63,685 nucleotides of DNA from an uncultured Bacilli bacterium (GTDB lineage: Bacteria > Bacillota_I > Bacilli_A > RF39 > UBA660). The position numbers and the translations under genes were made by a program. The notes beneath the pieces are model-generated. The model worked only from the letters and a program-made list of their open reading frames with translations, made no database searches and was not told where the DNA came from. Below are positions 46,770 to 56,636 of this stretch, piece by piece (position 1 is the stretch's first letter; every line of letters begins with the position of its first letter). The stretch lies in the NCBI GenBank assembly GCA_947625625.1, contig CANQPC010000004.1, positions 1 to 63,685 on the forward strand. Direction: 5' to 3'.

Positions 46770-47817
46770 AATAGTTTCTTTTCCACATTTGGGTAATTAT
46801 TCAGTTGTCTTTGATTACTTTCTTTCAAATGCTTTAAAATGTAATGTTATAGTTCCTCCCGCTACAACAAAAAAGACAATTGAACTTGGAAGTAAGTATT
46901 CACCTGATTTTGTATGTGTTCCTTTTAAGTATAACTTAGGTAATTATATTGAAGCACTTAATAAAGGGGCTAATGTTCTTATTCAAGGCGGTGGGGGCTG
47001 TCGATATGGTTATTATGCTGAACTTCAAGAGAAAATTCTTCATGATTTGGGTTATGATTTTGAATTTTATAATTTAATTGTCGATAATCATATTTCACTA
47101 AAAAAAGGGTATAAGTTTTGTAAAAAGATAAATCCTAAAACAAATATATTTAAGTGCGGTTACTATTTAATTAATTCTTTATTTATGATTTTTTATATTG
47201 ATAAAATAGAAAGATATATTAGAAAAAATATGGGATTTGAGGTAAATAAGGGAGAGTTTGAAAAGTTAGAAGTGGAATATTTAAGTAGTTTTTATAAAAG
47301 AGATGGTCTTGGAAAAATTATTAGAAATTATTTTAAGTATAAGAAAAAATTTAAGAGTATTTTAATTAGAAAAGATGATAATCATCTTAGAGTAATGTTA
47401 GTTGGGGAATTATATTCGCTAATTGATTTTAATACTTCTTATAATACGGAAAGAAAATTAATTAAAATGGGTGTTGAAGTGTATAGAGAAACTGATCTTA
47501 CTTATTTACTTATAGGGAAAAAACTCAGACTTAGAAGAATGATAAAAAAGAGTAAGAATTATATAAAATATAATTTAGGAGCAGATGCTTCTCTCAGTGT
47601 ATTTAATAGTCTTAAAGCTGCTAAAGAAAAATATGATGGTATTATTCATATGAAGAGTTTTGGTTGTATACCTGAAATAAATGCTATTAATATAATGAAA
47701 AGGATTTCTAACGAGTATGGGATTCCACTTATGGAACTTAGTTTTGATGCTGAAGATAACGAAGTGGGAATTGATACGAGGCTCGAAGCATTTTATGATA
47801 TGATAGAGGAGAGATAA
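46762..47817 (+). CDS. 2-hydroxyacyl-CoA dehydratase/activase-associated family protein
   Basis: FPHLGNYSVVF...SPDFVCVPFKYNLGNYIEAL..., C-terminal SFGCIPE...DTRLEAF. Overlaps the upstream gene by 8 nt. Confidence 0.5.
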   Translation: MNRIVSFPHLGNYSVVFDYFLSNALKCNVIVPPATTKKTIELGSKYSPDFVCVPFKYNLGNYIEALNKGANVLIQGGGGCRYGYYAELQEKILHDLGYDFEFYNLIVDNHISLKKGYKFCKKINPKTNIFKCGYYLINSLFMIFYIDKIERYIRKNMGFEVNKGEFEKLEVEYLSSFYKRDGLGKIIRNYFKYKKKFKSILIRKDDNHLRVMLVGELYSLIDFNTSYNTERKLIKMGVEVYRETDLTYLLIGKKLRLRRMIKKSKNYIKYNLGADASLSVFNSLKAAKEKYDGIIHMKSFGCIPEINAINIMKRISNEYGIPLMELSFDAEDNEVGIDTRLEAFYDMIEER

Positions 47818-47915
47818 TCTCTTCTTTTTTTGTAAATTTAATATAAATTGAAAATATGTCTTTTGTATATTAAAAAAATGTGTTATAATGAATATGGAAT
47901 AAGAGGTGGTAGCTT

Positions 47916-48584
47916 GTGAATTTACTTATTTTTCTATTAATTTCAATAATTTGTATGGGCATTTTATATTTAATTCATAAATATTTTGGAAAAGAAGAAT
48001 TTTATTTGGCGGCCATTATTTATTCAGTTATTTCGTTTTTGTTGTCTTTTAAAATTATAAAATTATTTGGATTAAATATTAATTGTAGTATTATTTTTAG
48101 TTCCTCTTTAATAGCAATATTATATTACTTTATAAATAAATATGCTAGCAAGGAAGTGAAGAAACTAATTACTTTGATAATGATTAGTACGATAGGTTCA
48201 ATTATTTTTATGATATTTTCTTCTGTTACATTGCCTATAGTTGATGATGCTATTTCTAATTATTATCAAGATTTGGTCTTTAATAATATACCGGCAATTA
48301 TTTTTTATCCTTTATCGCTTTTTATAACTCTCTGTATTAGTAAATATTGTTTTGAAGAATTGAAACTTGAAAAAAGGTATAAACTTCTTAAGATGATTTT
48401 TACAATTATTGGAATAATGTTTATAGATGTATTTATTTTTGATTATTTTAATTATGCATTTTTAATTCATTTTGATAAAGCTTTGCTAATTGCCTTAGAT
48501 AATTATTTAGTTAAGACAATAATTATGGTAATATTTATTATACTTACAATGCGACTTCTCAATGTGAAGAAGGTGAAAAAATGA
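47916..48584 (+). CDS. polytopic membrane protein (possible VUT/DUF165-type transporter)
   Basis: 6-7 TM segments with weak resemblance to queuosine-precursor transporters; GTG start after AGAGGTGG. Confidence 0.35.
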   Translation: MNLLIFLLISIICMGILYLIHKYFGKEEFYLAAIIYSVISFLLSFKIIKLFGLNINCSIIFSSSLIAILYYFINKYASKEVKKLITLIMISTIGSIIFMIFSSVTLPIVDDAISNYYQDLVFNNIPAIIFYPLSLFITLCISKYCFEELKLEKRYKLLKMIFTIIGIMFIDVFIFDYFNYAFLIHFDKALLIALDNYLVKTIIMVIFIILTMRLLNVKKVKK

Positions 48585-49255
48585 ATTATGTATATATGAT
48601 AATAGAGATACTTTTAGTGTATTTATTATTGGTAATATTCTATAAATTATCTAAAAAAGAGGGCTTATTTCAGTATATTTTGTTTATGGCTTCAATACTT
48701 AGTATAATTATGTATAAGCTAATTACAGTGATGTCTTTTCAAATTAATATGGGTATTCCTATAGTTGTTGGAATATTTATATGTAGTAATATTATTATTC
48801 AAAGATTTGGAGAGGATGAAATAGGGAAAATAATTAAGTATTTTTCTTGGGGATATGTCGGAGCATTTATTATTATTAATCTAATAGGTGTTATTTCTCC
48901 TAGTGAATATAATTTGGTTGGTAACGTAGCTTTTAATAGTTTGTTTGGATATAATTTAGATGTTTTAAGAATTTATATTGGTGGATTTATAGCTATTTCT
49001 TTTATGCTTTGGTATAATGGATACTTATATTATTATTTTAGAAAGAGTCATAATAAGCTTATCTTTAGTAATATTGGTTCTATTCTTATTATTCAATTTG
49101 TTGAAAGTATAATATTTGTAATTATTTCTTATAGTTTTTCGTTTGATTTACTTCAAATATTTGGAATGATAGTAGTTAGATATCTAATTAAAGTAATTAT
49201 TGGTGTTATTGGTTTAATACCTGTCTATATGATTGTTAAAATAGCTGATAAGTAG
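48581..49255 (+). CDS. polytopic membrane protein (possible VUT/DUF165-type transporter), coupled to the previous gene
   Basis: ATGA overlap. LIIQFVESIIFVIISY resembles the VUT Q-x-x-D/E-S motif region. Confidence 0.4.
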   Translation: MNYVYMIIEILLVYLLLVIFYKLSKKEGLFQYILFMASILSIIMYKLITVMSFQINMGIPIVVGIFICSNIIIQRFGEDEIGKIIKYFSWGYVGAFIIINLIGVISPSEYNLVGNVAFNSLFGYNLDVLRIYIGGFIAISFMLWYNGYLYYYFRKSHNKLIFSNIGSILIIQFVESIIFVIISYSFSFDLLQIFGMIVVRYLIKVIIGVIGLIPVYMIVKIADK

Positions 49256-49267
49256 GGTGGTGTTGTT

Positions 49268-49933
49268 ATGAGAGCTAGAAAGCAAGAATTAGTTAGTGAT
49301 GATTTAAAGCCTTTTGTATGTGGAATATTAAAGGAATATCGAGAAAAATACAATTATTCATTAGAAGATTTGGCTAGAGCATTAAATTATAAAAAGAATA
49401 GGCAAACATTACATAAATATGAAACGGGTAGTCTTAATATTCCATATGAAATATTTTTTGATATTGCTAGTATTTTTAACATAAGTTCGGATGTTTTCAG
49501 TGAAATTCCAATGACTAGAGAAGAAAAGGAATTGTTTGAAAAAAAGATGATTAAAAATTATATTAGTACAATGAGTGGGACAAAAAATATTACTGCTAGA
49601 GGGGAGAAGATAATTAATACTTATCGAAATGCCTCCTATGAACCGATAACAAAGCAGTGTGAATTGTCGATTAGGCTTCTAGATGATTCGATGGCACCTG
49701 TATATTTAAAAGGAGATAGAATTTATTTTAGAAAAAAAGATGTCTATAATAATGGTGATGATGTTGTACTGGCAGTAAAGGGAAATGTTTTGTCAGTAAG
49801 AAGGATTTATAAGAGTCAGAAGGTCGTCATTCTTCAAGCTATGAATCCTAAATATCAAACGATTGTAGCGGGTGTTTTCTCTGATAACATGATACTTGGT
49901 AAAGTGGAAACTATGAGTAGAGATATTAAGTAA
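49268..49933 (+). CDS. XRE-HTH / S24 (LexA-like) peptidase-domain repressor
   Basis: N-terminal HTH (YSLEDLARALNYKKNRQTLHKYETG). C-terminal S24 pattern LLDDSMAPVYLKGDRIYF...VRRIYK. Confidence 0.7.
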   Translation: MRARKQELVSDDLKPFVCGILKEYREKYNYSLEDLARALNYKKNRQTLHKYETGSLNIPYEIFFDIASIFNISSDVFSEIPMTREEKELFEKKMIKNYISTMSGTKNITARGEKIINTYRNASYEPITKQCELSIRLLDDSMAPVYLKGDRIYFRKKDVYNNGDDVVLAVKGNVLSVRRIYKSQKVVILQAMNPKYQTIVAGVFSDNMILGKVETMSRDIK

Positions 49934-49950
49934 ATTTTATAAAATAAAAA

Positions 49951-49974
49951 AGACTTCAGTTTGAAGTCTCTTTT
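49951..49974. terminator. bidirectional terminator between the HTH-S24 gene and hup
   Basis: agacttca-gtt-tgaagtct flanked by an A-run and a T-run. Confidence 0.7.
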
Positions 49975-49993
49975 ATATTTATCAAAAGTTTTA

Positions 49994-50266
49994 TTAGTTT
50001 AAAGCATCTTTTAATTTGTTACCAGCTTTGAAACCTGGAGCTACTCTTGCAGGAATCTTAACTGTTTCACCAGTTTGAGGATTTCTTCCAGTTCTAGCTT
50101 CTCTTTTCTTAGCAGTGAAAGTTCCAAATCCTACTAATGTAACTTTTCCAGAATCTTTTAATCCTTTAGTTATTCCTTCCATTACAGCTTCTAATGCTCT
50201 TCCAGCATCAGCCTTTGTTAAGTCTGCTTTTTCAGCAACGAATTCTACTAATTCAGCTTTTGTCAT
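49994..50266 (-). CDS. hup: DNA-binding protein HU
   Basis: MTKAELVEFVAEKADLTKADAGRALEAV...GFGTF...RTGRNPQTGE..I.IPA. Met at 50266 gives the canonical 90 aa. Confidence 0.95.
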   Translation of the reverse strand: MTKAELVEFVAEKADLTKADAGRALEAVMEGITKGLKDSGKVTLVGFGTFTAKKREARTGRNPQTGETVKIPARVAPGFKAGNKLKDALN

Positions 50267-50486
50267 TTTTATTACCTCCGTTTTCTTTATCTTAAGCATA
50301 CGCATTATGCTTACTACTTAAAGATAACATATAATCATAATAAAATCAAGCTTTTTCATAAAATTATGTCAAATTATTTTGAAAATTAACTTACTGTATA
50401 ACTTTGTGTCTAATGAAGATAATATTATTGTAAGTTTTTTTTTAATATGTTATAATAAAGTCGAAATTTAAGGAGGTAATAGTTAT

Positions 50487-51635
50487 ATGAAATTTAAAAC
50501 AAGAAAAGATATTGTAATTATCATAACTTATATTGCTTTAATTATCTTTGCTTTAGTTAATTTTGATAAAATACTTTCATTGCTTGGAAAAATATTTAGT
50601 ATATTGTCACCTTTTATATTCGGTGTAATATTGGCTTTTGTTTTAAATATTTTAATTAATTTTATCGAAAATAAAATATTTGGAAAAGTAAAACCTGGCA
50701 AAGTGTGGAATAAAATTAAGAGACCAATAAGTATTACAAGTAGTTTTGTATTAGTATTAGTGATGCTTACTTTTATAATTAATTTACTTATTCCTCAGCT
50801 TCGTAATTCGGTAGTTCTCTTTACAGATACTTTACCTGGATATAAGGATGATGTTGTAAATATTTTAAATAAATTTGATGCTGAAGAGGAAACGATAGAT
50901 AAAGTTACTGATTATTTAGATGATTTTGATAAGATTATTACTGACTATATTAAAGATAATTCTAAAGATGTTATTACTGTTACGACGGAAGTTGCTGCTT
51001 CAGTATTTGAAATTATAAGTAAAGCTGTTATAGGAATAGTTTTTGCGATATATATTATTGCTCAAAAAGAAACTTTGTTAAGACAGTTTAATAAGCTTAT
51101 GGATGCTTATTTAAAACCTAGGACTTCAAAAAAGATATCGAATATAATGTCAATGGCTAATAAAACCTTTTCTAATTTTGTTACGGGACAATGTTTAGAA
51201 GCTGTAATTTTTGGTAGTTTTTGTTTTATTGGAATGTTGATACTTAGAATACCTTATGCTTCTACAGTAGCAGTATTACTCGGATTTACAGCATTGATTC
51301 CGATATTTGGTTCTTTTATTGGTACTGGACTTGGTGCTTTCTTGATATGTATGGTTAGTCCTGTTAAGGCAATAGTATTTATTATATTTATTATTATTTG
51401 GCAGCAAATAGAAACTAATTTGATTTATCCTAAAGTAGTTGGAAAGTCAATTGGACTTCCAGGCATGTGGGTTTTACTATCAGTAACGATTGGTGCTAGT
51501 TTAGCAGGAATACTTGGTATGCTTATTGCTACTCCATTATGTTCTCTTCTTTATTCACTTGCTACTGCTGCGGTTAACGAAAGAATTAGAAATAATAAAA
51601 TTGTCAGTAAGGTAGAAGAAAAGGCCTCTGTTTAG
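50487..51635 (+). CDS. AI-2E (PerM/YtvI) family transporter
   Basis: 8 TM segments; GQCLEAVIFG, ALIPIFGSFIG, NLIYPKVVGKSIGL motifs. Confidence 0.8.
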   Translation: MKFKTRKDIVIIITYIALIIFALVNFDKILSLLGKIFSILSPFIFGVILAFVLNILINFIENKIFGKVKPGKVWNKIKRPISITSSFVLVLVMLTFIINLLIPQLRNSVVLFTDTLPGYKDDVVNILNKFDAEEETIDKVTDYLDDFDKIITDYIKDNSKDVITVTTEVAASVFEIISKAVIGIVFAIYIIAQKETLLRQFNKLMDAYLKPRTSKKISNIMSMANKTFSNFVTGQCLEAVIFGSFCFIGMLILRIPYASTVAVLLGFTALIPIFGSFIGTGLGAFLICMVSPVKAIVFIIFIIIWQQIETNLIYPKVVGKSIGLPGMWVLLSVTIGASLAGILGMLIATPLCSLLYSLATAAVNERIRNNKIVSKVEEKASV

Positions 51636-51648
51636 AGCCTTTTTTTTA
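51623..51648. terminator. terminator between convergent AI-2E transporter and spoIVA
   Basis: ggcctct-gttt-agagcc (one bulge) followed by TTTTTTTT. Confidence 0.5.
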
Positions 51649-53115
51649 TAATACTATTGCAATCATATTTGAAGAACCTTTATTGATTATTTTAGTTAAA
51701 GTTTGACATAATTTGAATCTAACATTATCTGGCATCATTGATAATTTGGCTTGGATTCCTTCTTGGACGATAACATCTAAACTTCTTCCAAATATTTCAC
51801 TTTTCCATATATCTGTACCATTGTCATTTTTGGTTAGGTAATCTATTAGTTCTTTACTTTGTAGTTCACTACCGATAATAGGTTCAAAAGTGCTTTCGAC
51901 ATCAACTTTTATCATGTGGATTGATGAAGCTTTGGCCTTTAATTTTATTCCATAACGTGATCCTTGCTTGATTATTTCTGGTGGATCTAATTTCATATCT
52001 TCCAGTGTAGGAGAAGCTATTCCGTATCCTGTTTGTTTAACCATTTTTAAAGCTGATTTGACTTGATTATATTCTTTCCTTGCCGTATTTAATTCTTGGA
52101 AAAGTGATAGGAGATCGGCCTTAGTTCCTACTGATACACCAATAATGTCATTTAGAATTTGGCTGTATAATCCGGGAGGGGCTTCAAGATTAATTGTTAC
52201 TTCTCCTGTTCCTGGATCAACTTCAGATATATATGATTTGGCAATATATTCTGATTCTGTAAAGTGTTTATTTATTTTATCGATGTCCTTTAGCTTATTT
52301 ACTTCGACAACTTCTTCTCTAATTTTATTTATGTATTCTTTCTTTAAATAATGATCTGGATTTAAGATAGCAATCCATTCGGGCATATTTACTTTAATTT
52401 GTTCGATAGGGAATTCGTAAAGTGCTTCTTTTAATATGTTATACATGTCTCTTTCTTGCATTGCTTCGACACTTATGGGAATAACTGGTACTTGATATTC
52501 TTCTTTTAATTTTTCTGCTAAATTTTCAGTTTCTGGTAGCATTGGATGAGTTGAATTTAGTAAGACAATGTATGGCTTTCCGACTTTAGATAATTCTTCA
52601 ATGACTGTTTTTTCGGCTTCGACGTATTCACTTCTCGGAAGTTCACCAATTGAACCATCAGTTGTTACTACAATGCCTATTGTCGAATGGTCTTTGATTA
52701 CTTTTTCTGTTCCTATTTCGGCGGCTTCTACAAAGGGAATTGGTTCTTGATACCATGGGGTCATGACTAATCTTGGTCCATTTTCATCTTCATATCCTTT
52801 TGCTCCATCGATAACATATCCGACACAGTCAATCATTCGAACGTTAGCAGAAAAGTCTTCGATATGGATTTTAGTAGCGGTAGCTGGAACAAATTTTGGT
52901 TCAGTAGTCATAATAGTTTTGCCCGCTGCTGCTTGAGGTAGTTCATCAAGACATCGCTTTTTTTCATATTCATCTTCGATGTTAGGAATAACGATACTTT
53001 CCATAAACTTTCTTATAAAAGTTGATTTCCCTGTTCGAACTGCTCCAACAACACCTAAATATATGTCTCCGCCTGATCTTTTTCCAATGTTTTTGATAAC
53101 TTCTATTTTTTCCAT
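51646..53115 (-). CDS. spoIVA: stage IV sporulation protein A (spore coat morphogenetic ATPase)
   Basis: DIYLGVVGAVRTGKSTFIRKFME Walker A and full-length colinearity with SpoIVA. Confidence 0.95.
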   Translation of the reverse strand: MEKIEVIKNIGKRSGGDIYLGVVGAVRTGKSTFIRKFMESIVIPNIEDEYEKKRCLDELPQAAAGKTIMTTEPKFVPATATKIHIEDFSANVRMIDCVGYVIDGAKGYEDENGPRLVMTPWYQEPIPFVEAAEIGTEKVIKDHSTIGIVVTTDGSIGELPRSEYVEAEKTVIEELSKVGKPYIVLLNSTHPMLPETENLAEKLKEEYQVPVIPISVEAMQERDMYNILKEALYEFPIEQIKVNMPEWIAILNPDHYLKKEYINKIREEVVEVNKLKDIDKINKHFTESEYIAKSYISEVDPGTGEVTINLEAPPGLYSQILNDIIGVSVGTKADLLSLFQELNTARKEYNQVKSALKMVKQTGYGIASPTLEDMKLDPPEIIKQGSRYGIKLKAKASSIHMIKVDVESTFEPIIGSELQSKELIDYLTKNDNGTDIWKSEIFGRSLDVIVQEGIQAKLSMMPDNVRFKLCQTLTKIINKGSSNMIAIVL

Positions 53116-53197
53116 AATTTACCTCTTTTCTTTTTCTCACTAAATATTATGTTAAATAATTGAGAATATGAAAAAAATAGTTTATAAAAAAAGAAAG

Positions 53198-53824
53198 TTA
53201 GTTCTTTCTTTTGAATACTTCTTTGATGAAGTAATTATATAAATTTTCTGTGGTATCTAAATCTTCTGGATGAAATTGAACTCCCATTATGAAATGATTG
53301 TTATCAGTATATTCAATTGCTTCAATAATATTGTCTTCAGATAGTGCTGTTACTTTAAATGGTTCTTTTACTTCTTTTAAAGCTTCATAGTGTCTGGAGT
53401 TTACTTCTATTTCATCACCAAAAATATAGTTCATAATGCTATTTTTAGTAGTTTTTATTTTATGTAAGGAATCTTTTAAATAGTGATTATTTACTTTGAT
53501 AAGATCTTTATCATTTTGACTATTAATGCTATATAGTCCTATTATCTGATGACCCATACATATTCCTAAAAGGGGAATATTATTTTTAATAGCGTAATCT
53601 AAAATTTGAAAATGATATGGGTAAATATCTTTTCCACCCTGTATAATTATTCCGTCACATTTGTTTAGAATTTTAGTGTCAATAGGGGAGTTATCATAGT
53701 TTAAAATACTTATATAGTTACACTTGTTGTGAAGGTATTTGAGATTATTTTTAGTTACAACTTGAACTTTTGTAGTTCCAATTATTTCATCACGAGCCAC
53801 TATTCCAATTGTTATATTTTCCAT
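53198..53824 (-). CDS. class I glutamine amidotransferase-like / peptidase C26 family hydrolase
   Basis: LLGICMGHQ nucleophile elbow and GVQFHPE. Confidence 0.75.
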   Translation of the reverse strand: MENITIGIVARDEIIGTTKVQVVTKNNLKYLHNKCNYISILNYDNSPIDTKILNKCDGIIIQGGKDIYPYHFQILDYAIKNNIPLLGICMGHQIIGLYSINSQNDKDLIKVNNHYLKDSLHKIKTTKNSIMNYIFGDEIEVNSRHYEALKEVKEPFKVTALSEDNIIEAIEYTDNNHFIMGVQFHPEDLDTTENLYNYFIKEVFKRKN

Positions 53825-53826
53825 AA

Positions 53827-54069
53827 TTATAAAAATTTATCTAAATTTTTTGGAACGTTATCATTCATAATAGTATCAATTATTTTTTGTTCCTTTTCTT
53901 TAGATACTTCCCTTCCTGTCATTTTAGAAAGATCACTAATTACTTCTTTTAAAGTGGCTTCATCTTTCATGTTGCCTGCCTGTAATTTAGCCGCTAGAGA
54001 GAGAATAGTGTTTTTATCGACTTTAGTTTTATTTTCAACTTTTTTGAAAAAATTATCAGAAAAATTCAT
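53827..54069 (-). CDS. spoVIF: stage VI sporulation protein F-like
   Basis: NMKDEATLKEVISDLSKMTGREVSKEKEQKIIDTIMNDNVPKNL pattern. ATG 54069 follows AGGAGG. Confidence 0.6.
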   Translation of the reverse strand: MNFSDNFFKKVENKTKVDKNTILSLAAKLQAGNMKDEATLKEVISDLSKMTGREVSKEKEQKIIDTIMNDNVPKNLDKFL

Positions 54070-54116
54070 AAAAAAACCTCCTAACATAATATATGTTAAG
54101 AAGGTTTATTGGTTCA

Positions 54117-55427
54117 TTAATCATGTTTATTTCGATATTCTAAAATAATTGGTGTTCCTTCGAAATCAAAGTTTTCACGAATTTTATTTTCGAGATATCT
54201 ATTATATGAAAAGTGGATTAATTTATCACTATTGACAAAAAAAGTAAATTTTGGTGGTGTAGTTCCGGTTTGAGTAACAAAAGTTATTTTTAACCTTTTT
54301 CCTTTATATGAAGGAGGAGCTTTTAGCATAACAGCATCTCTAATAACATCATTTAAGATATTTGTCTTGATTTCTTTGCGAGAATTTTCATATACTTTGT
54401 CTATTTCAGGCATGATAGTAAATATTCTTTTTTTAGTGAGAGCAGAAACGAATGTTATAGGGGCATAAGATAAAAACTTGAATTCTGCTCTTATAAGTTT
54501 TGTAAAGGAACTAATGTCATTTTTATCTTTGACTGTGTCCCATTTGTTTACGACAATAATAATAGGCTTTCCTTCTTCGATAGCATAGCTGGCAATATGC
54601 TTATCATGTTCGATGATTCCTTCTTCAGCATTTATGATAAGTAAACAGACATCACTTCGTTCGATAGCTTTTATCGATCTTAATACGGAATACTTTTCGA
54701 TTTTTTCGTAAATTTTTCCACTTTTTCGGATACCCGCTGTATCAATAGCGGTATATTTCTTTTTATTATATGTGAAACTTGTATCAATAGCATCACGAGT
54801 AGTTCCTGCAATAGGAGATACGATAACTTTTTCTTCATCGAGAATAGCATTTACAAGACTGCTTTTACCGACATTTGGTCTACCAATTAGGCAAAATTTT
54901 ATTTCGTCACTTTGCGTTTCCTCTTCTTGAACTTTTGGAAAGTCTTTTACGATAGTATCTAATAATTCTGACAATCCTAGTGAATGTTCTCCACTTATGG
55001 GTAATATTTCTTCAAATCCTAATTCATAAAAATTGTATAAGTTTTCTTCTCTTTTTATGTTATCTAATTTATTGACTGCAAGAATAGTTCTTTTTCCTGA
55101 TTTCATGAGAATATCTCTAATCAAATAGTCATTTTGATTTAGTTCGGTTAATCCATCTACGATGAAGATAATAATGTCTGCTTCATCAATAGCTATATTT
55201 GCTTGAACGATAATTTCACTATTAAAGTCTTCATTTGAAACATCAATTCCACCAGTGTCAATGAGATGAAATTTATAATTATTGTAAGATACTGTTCCAT
55301 AAATTCTGTCACGTGTTACACCGGGAGTATCTTCGATAATTGAAATTTTTTTGCCAACTAATTTATTAAAGACAGTAGATTTTCCAACATTTGGTCTACC
55401 GACGATTGCTACAGTAGGTATTTTCAT
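54117..55427 (-). CDS. der: ribosome-associated GTPase Der (EngA)
   Basis: Two G domains (GRPNVGKST twice; DTGG/DTAG; NKLD/NKWD) plus a KH-like C-terminus. Confidence 0.95.
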   Translation of the reverse strand: MKIPTVAIVGRPNVGKSTVFNKLVGKKISIIEDTPGVTRDRIYGTVSYNNYKFHLIDTGGIDVSNEDFNSEIIVQANIAIDEADIIIFIVDGLTELNQNDYLIRDILMKSGKRTILAVNKLDNIKREENLYNFYELGFEEILPISGEHSLGLSELLDTIVKDFPKVQEEETQSDEIKFCLIGRPNVGKSSLVNAILDEEKVIVSPIAGTTRDAIDTSFTYNKKKYTAIDTAGIRKSGKIYEKIEKYSVLRSIKAIERSDVCLLIINAEEGIIEHDKHIASYAIEEGKPIIIVVNKWDTVKDKNDISSFTKLIRAEFKFLSYAPITFVSALTKKRIFTIMPEIDKVYENSRKEIKTNILNDVIRDAVMLKAPPSYKGKRLKITFVTQTGTTPPKFTFFVNSDKLIHFSYNRYLENKIRENFDFEGTPIILEYRNKHD

Positions 55428-55475
55428 AATTTGTCACCTCTTCGTTAGTATTATAGCAAAAAAAAAAGAAAATTA

Positions 55476-55943
55476 CTATAGTTTAATTTTTATTCCATTA
55501 TTTATTATTTGATATGGGTCATCATATGTTAAATTAGATAATTCTAAAATATTTAGATATTTTTTCTTACTGATATGATTTTTAATTTCTAAATAAAAGT
55601 TATCTTGATAGTAATAAATATTTTGATTACCGAGATTATTATTTTTGATATCAAAATAATCCATCTTATATAAAAATGGTGTATCAGTATGAATGGTTAT
55701 TTTTACTTCGACTTCATCATTAAAATTTAAAAAGTTTTTACAGCTTTCAAGTTTTATAATTGTGCCATAGTAATTATCTATATAAAAATCTAATATTATT
55801 AAATTATTTAATTTGTTATTTTTGGTAATAGCTTTGTAAACTTTTTCTGTTATTTTAGCTAATTCTTCTTTATTATAAACATCTATTTTAGTACCTAATA
55901 ATTTAATTAAATAGTCATTGTCTTCCTTTCTCTCAATTATCAT
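55476..55943 (-). CDS. hypothetical protein (weak resemblance to MecA-type adaptor N-domain)
   Basis: 155-aa ORF. MIIERKEDNDYLIKLLG recalls the MecA N-termini; not otherwise supported. Confidence 0.4.
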   Translation of the reverse strand: MIIERKEDNDYLIKLLGTKIDVYNKEELAKITEKVYKAITKNNKLNNLIILDFYIDNYYGTIIKLESCKNFLNFNDEVEVKITIHTDTPFLYKMDYFDIKNNNLGNQNIYYYQDNFYLEIKNHISKKKYLNILELSNLTYDDPYQIINNGIKIKL

Positions 55944-55990
55944 AAGTCACTTCCATAAGTAATTTATGTATCAATAAAAAAAAGGAAACT

Positions 55991-56572
55991 TTAATTTAAG
56001 TATTTTCCTATTTCATTATATGTTTCTTCTCTTCCTGCTTTGGTAATTGAAGAGAAAAGAATTATGCTGTCATCATTTATATTTAATTCTCTTTTTATAA
56101 TGTTTTTATTTTTTTCGTGGTTGTTTTTAGATACTTTGTCTATTTTAGTGCAGATTATTGTTACGGGAATGTTATAGTATTTGAGATAGTTATACATCAT
56201 GATGTCATCTTCGGTTGGCTTTCTTCGAAAATCTATCAAGAGAAATACTTTTTCTAGATTACTTCGAGATTTTAAATAGTTTTCCATAATTAATCCGAAC
56301 TTCTGCTTTAGAGAAGCTCTAACTTTAGCAAAACCGTATCCAGGTGCATCGACAAGGTAGAATTCGTTATTTATTTTATAAAAATTTAATGTTTGAGTTT
56401 TACCTGGAGTTGCCGATGTTCTAGCAAAGTTTTTTCTGTTTATAATACTATTGATAAAACTGCTTTTGCCAACATTACTTCTTCCAACTAGGAGAAATTC
56501 TTTTAAGTTATCTGTTGGGTATTGGCTTTCACGAACTGCTGATACGATTAATTCAATGGTATTAATTTTCAT
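55991..56572 (-). CDS. engB: ribosome biogenesis GTPase YsxC/EngB
   Basis: GRSNVGKSSFINS, DAPGYGFA, TKIDK motifs. Confidence 0.92.
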   Translation of the reverse strand: MKINTIELIVSAVRESQYPTDNLKEFLLVGRSNVGKSSFINSIINRKNFARTSATPGKTQTLNFYKINNEFYLVDAPGYGFAKVRASLKQKFGLIMENYLKSRSNLEKVFLLIDFRRKPTEDDIMMYNYLKYYNIPVTIICTKIDKVSKNNHEKNKNIIKRELNINDDSIILFSSITKAGREETYNEIGKYLN

Positions 56573-56636
56573 AAAATCACCGATTTCATTGTATCATATT
56601 ATTACTTTGAATGTCAAATTAATAAAAAGAAGAGAC

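Noticed and set aside
47818-47915. preQ1 riboswitch upstream of the possible VUT/YhhQ-like transporter genes
   Set aside because: 'agaggtggtagcttgtg' superficially recalls preQ1-I. However, there is no downstream CCCTCT partner or A-rich tail, and the sequence is better explained as the RBS plus GTG start.
53729-54148. ORF 53729-54148 (+)
   Set aside because: It is antisense to the amidotransferase start and to the whole spoVIF gene, with low-complexity sequence.
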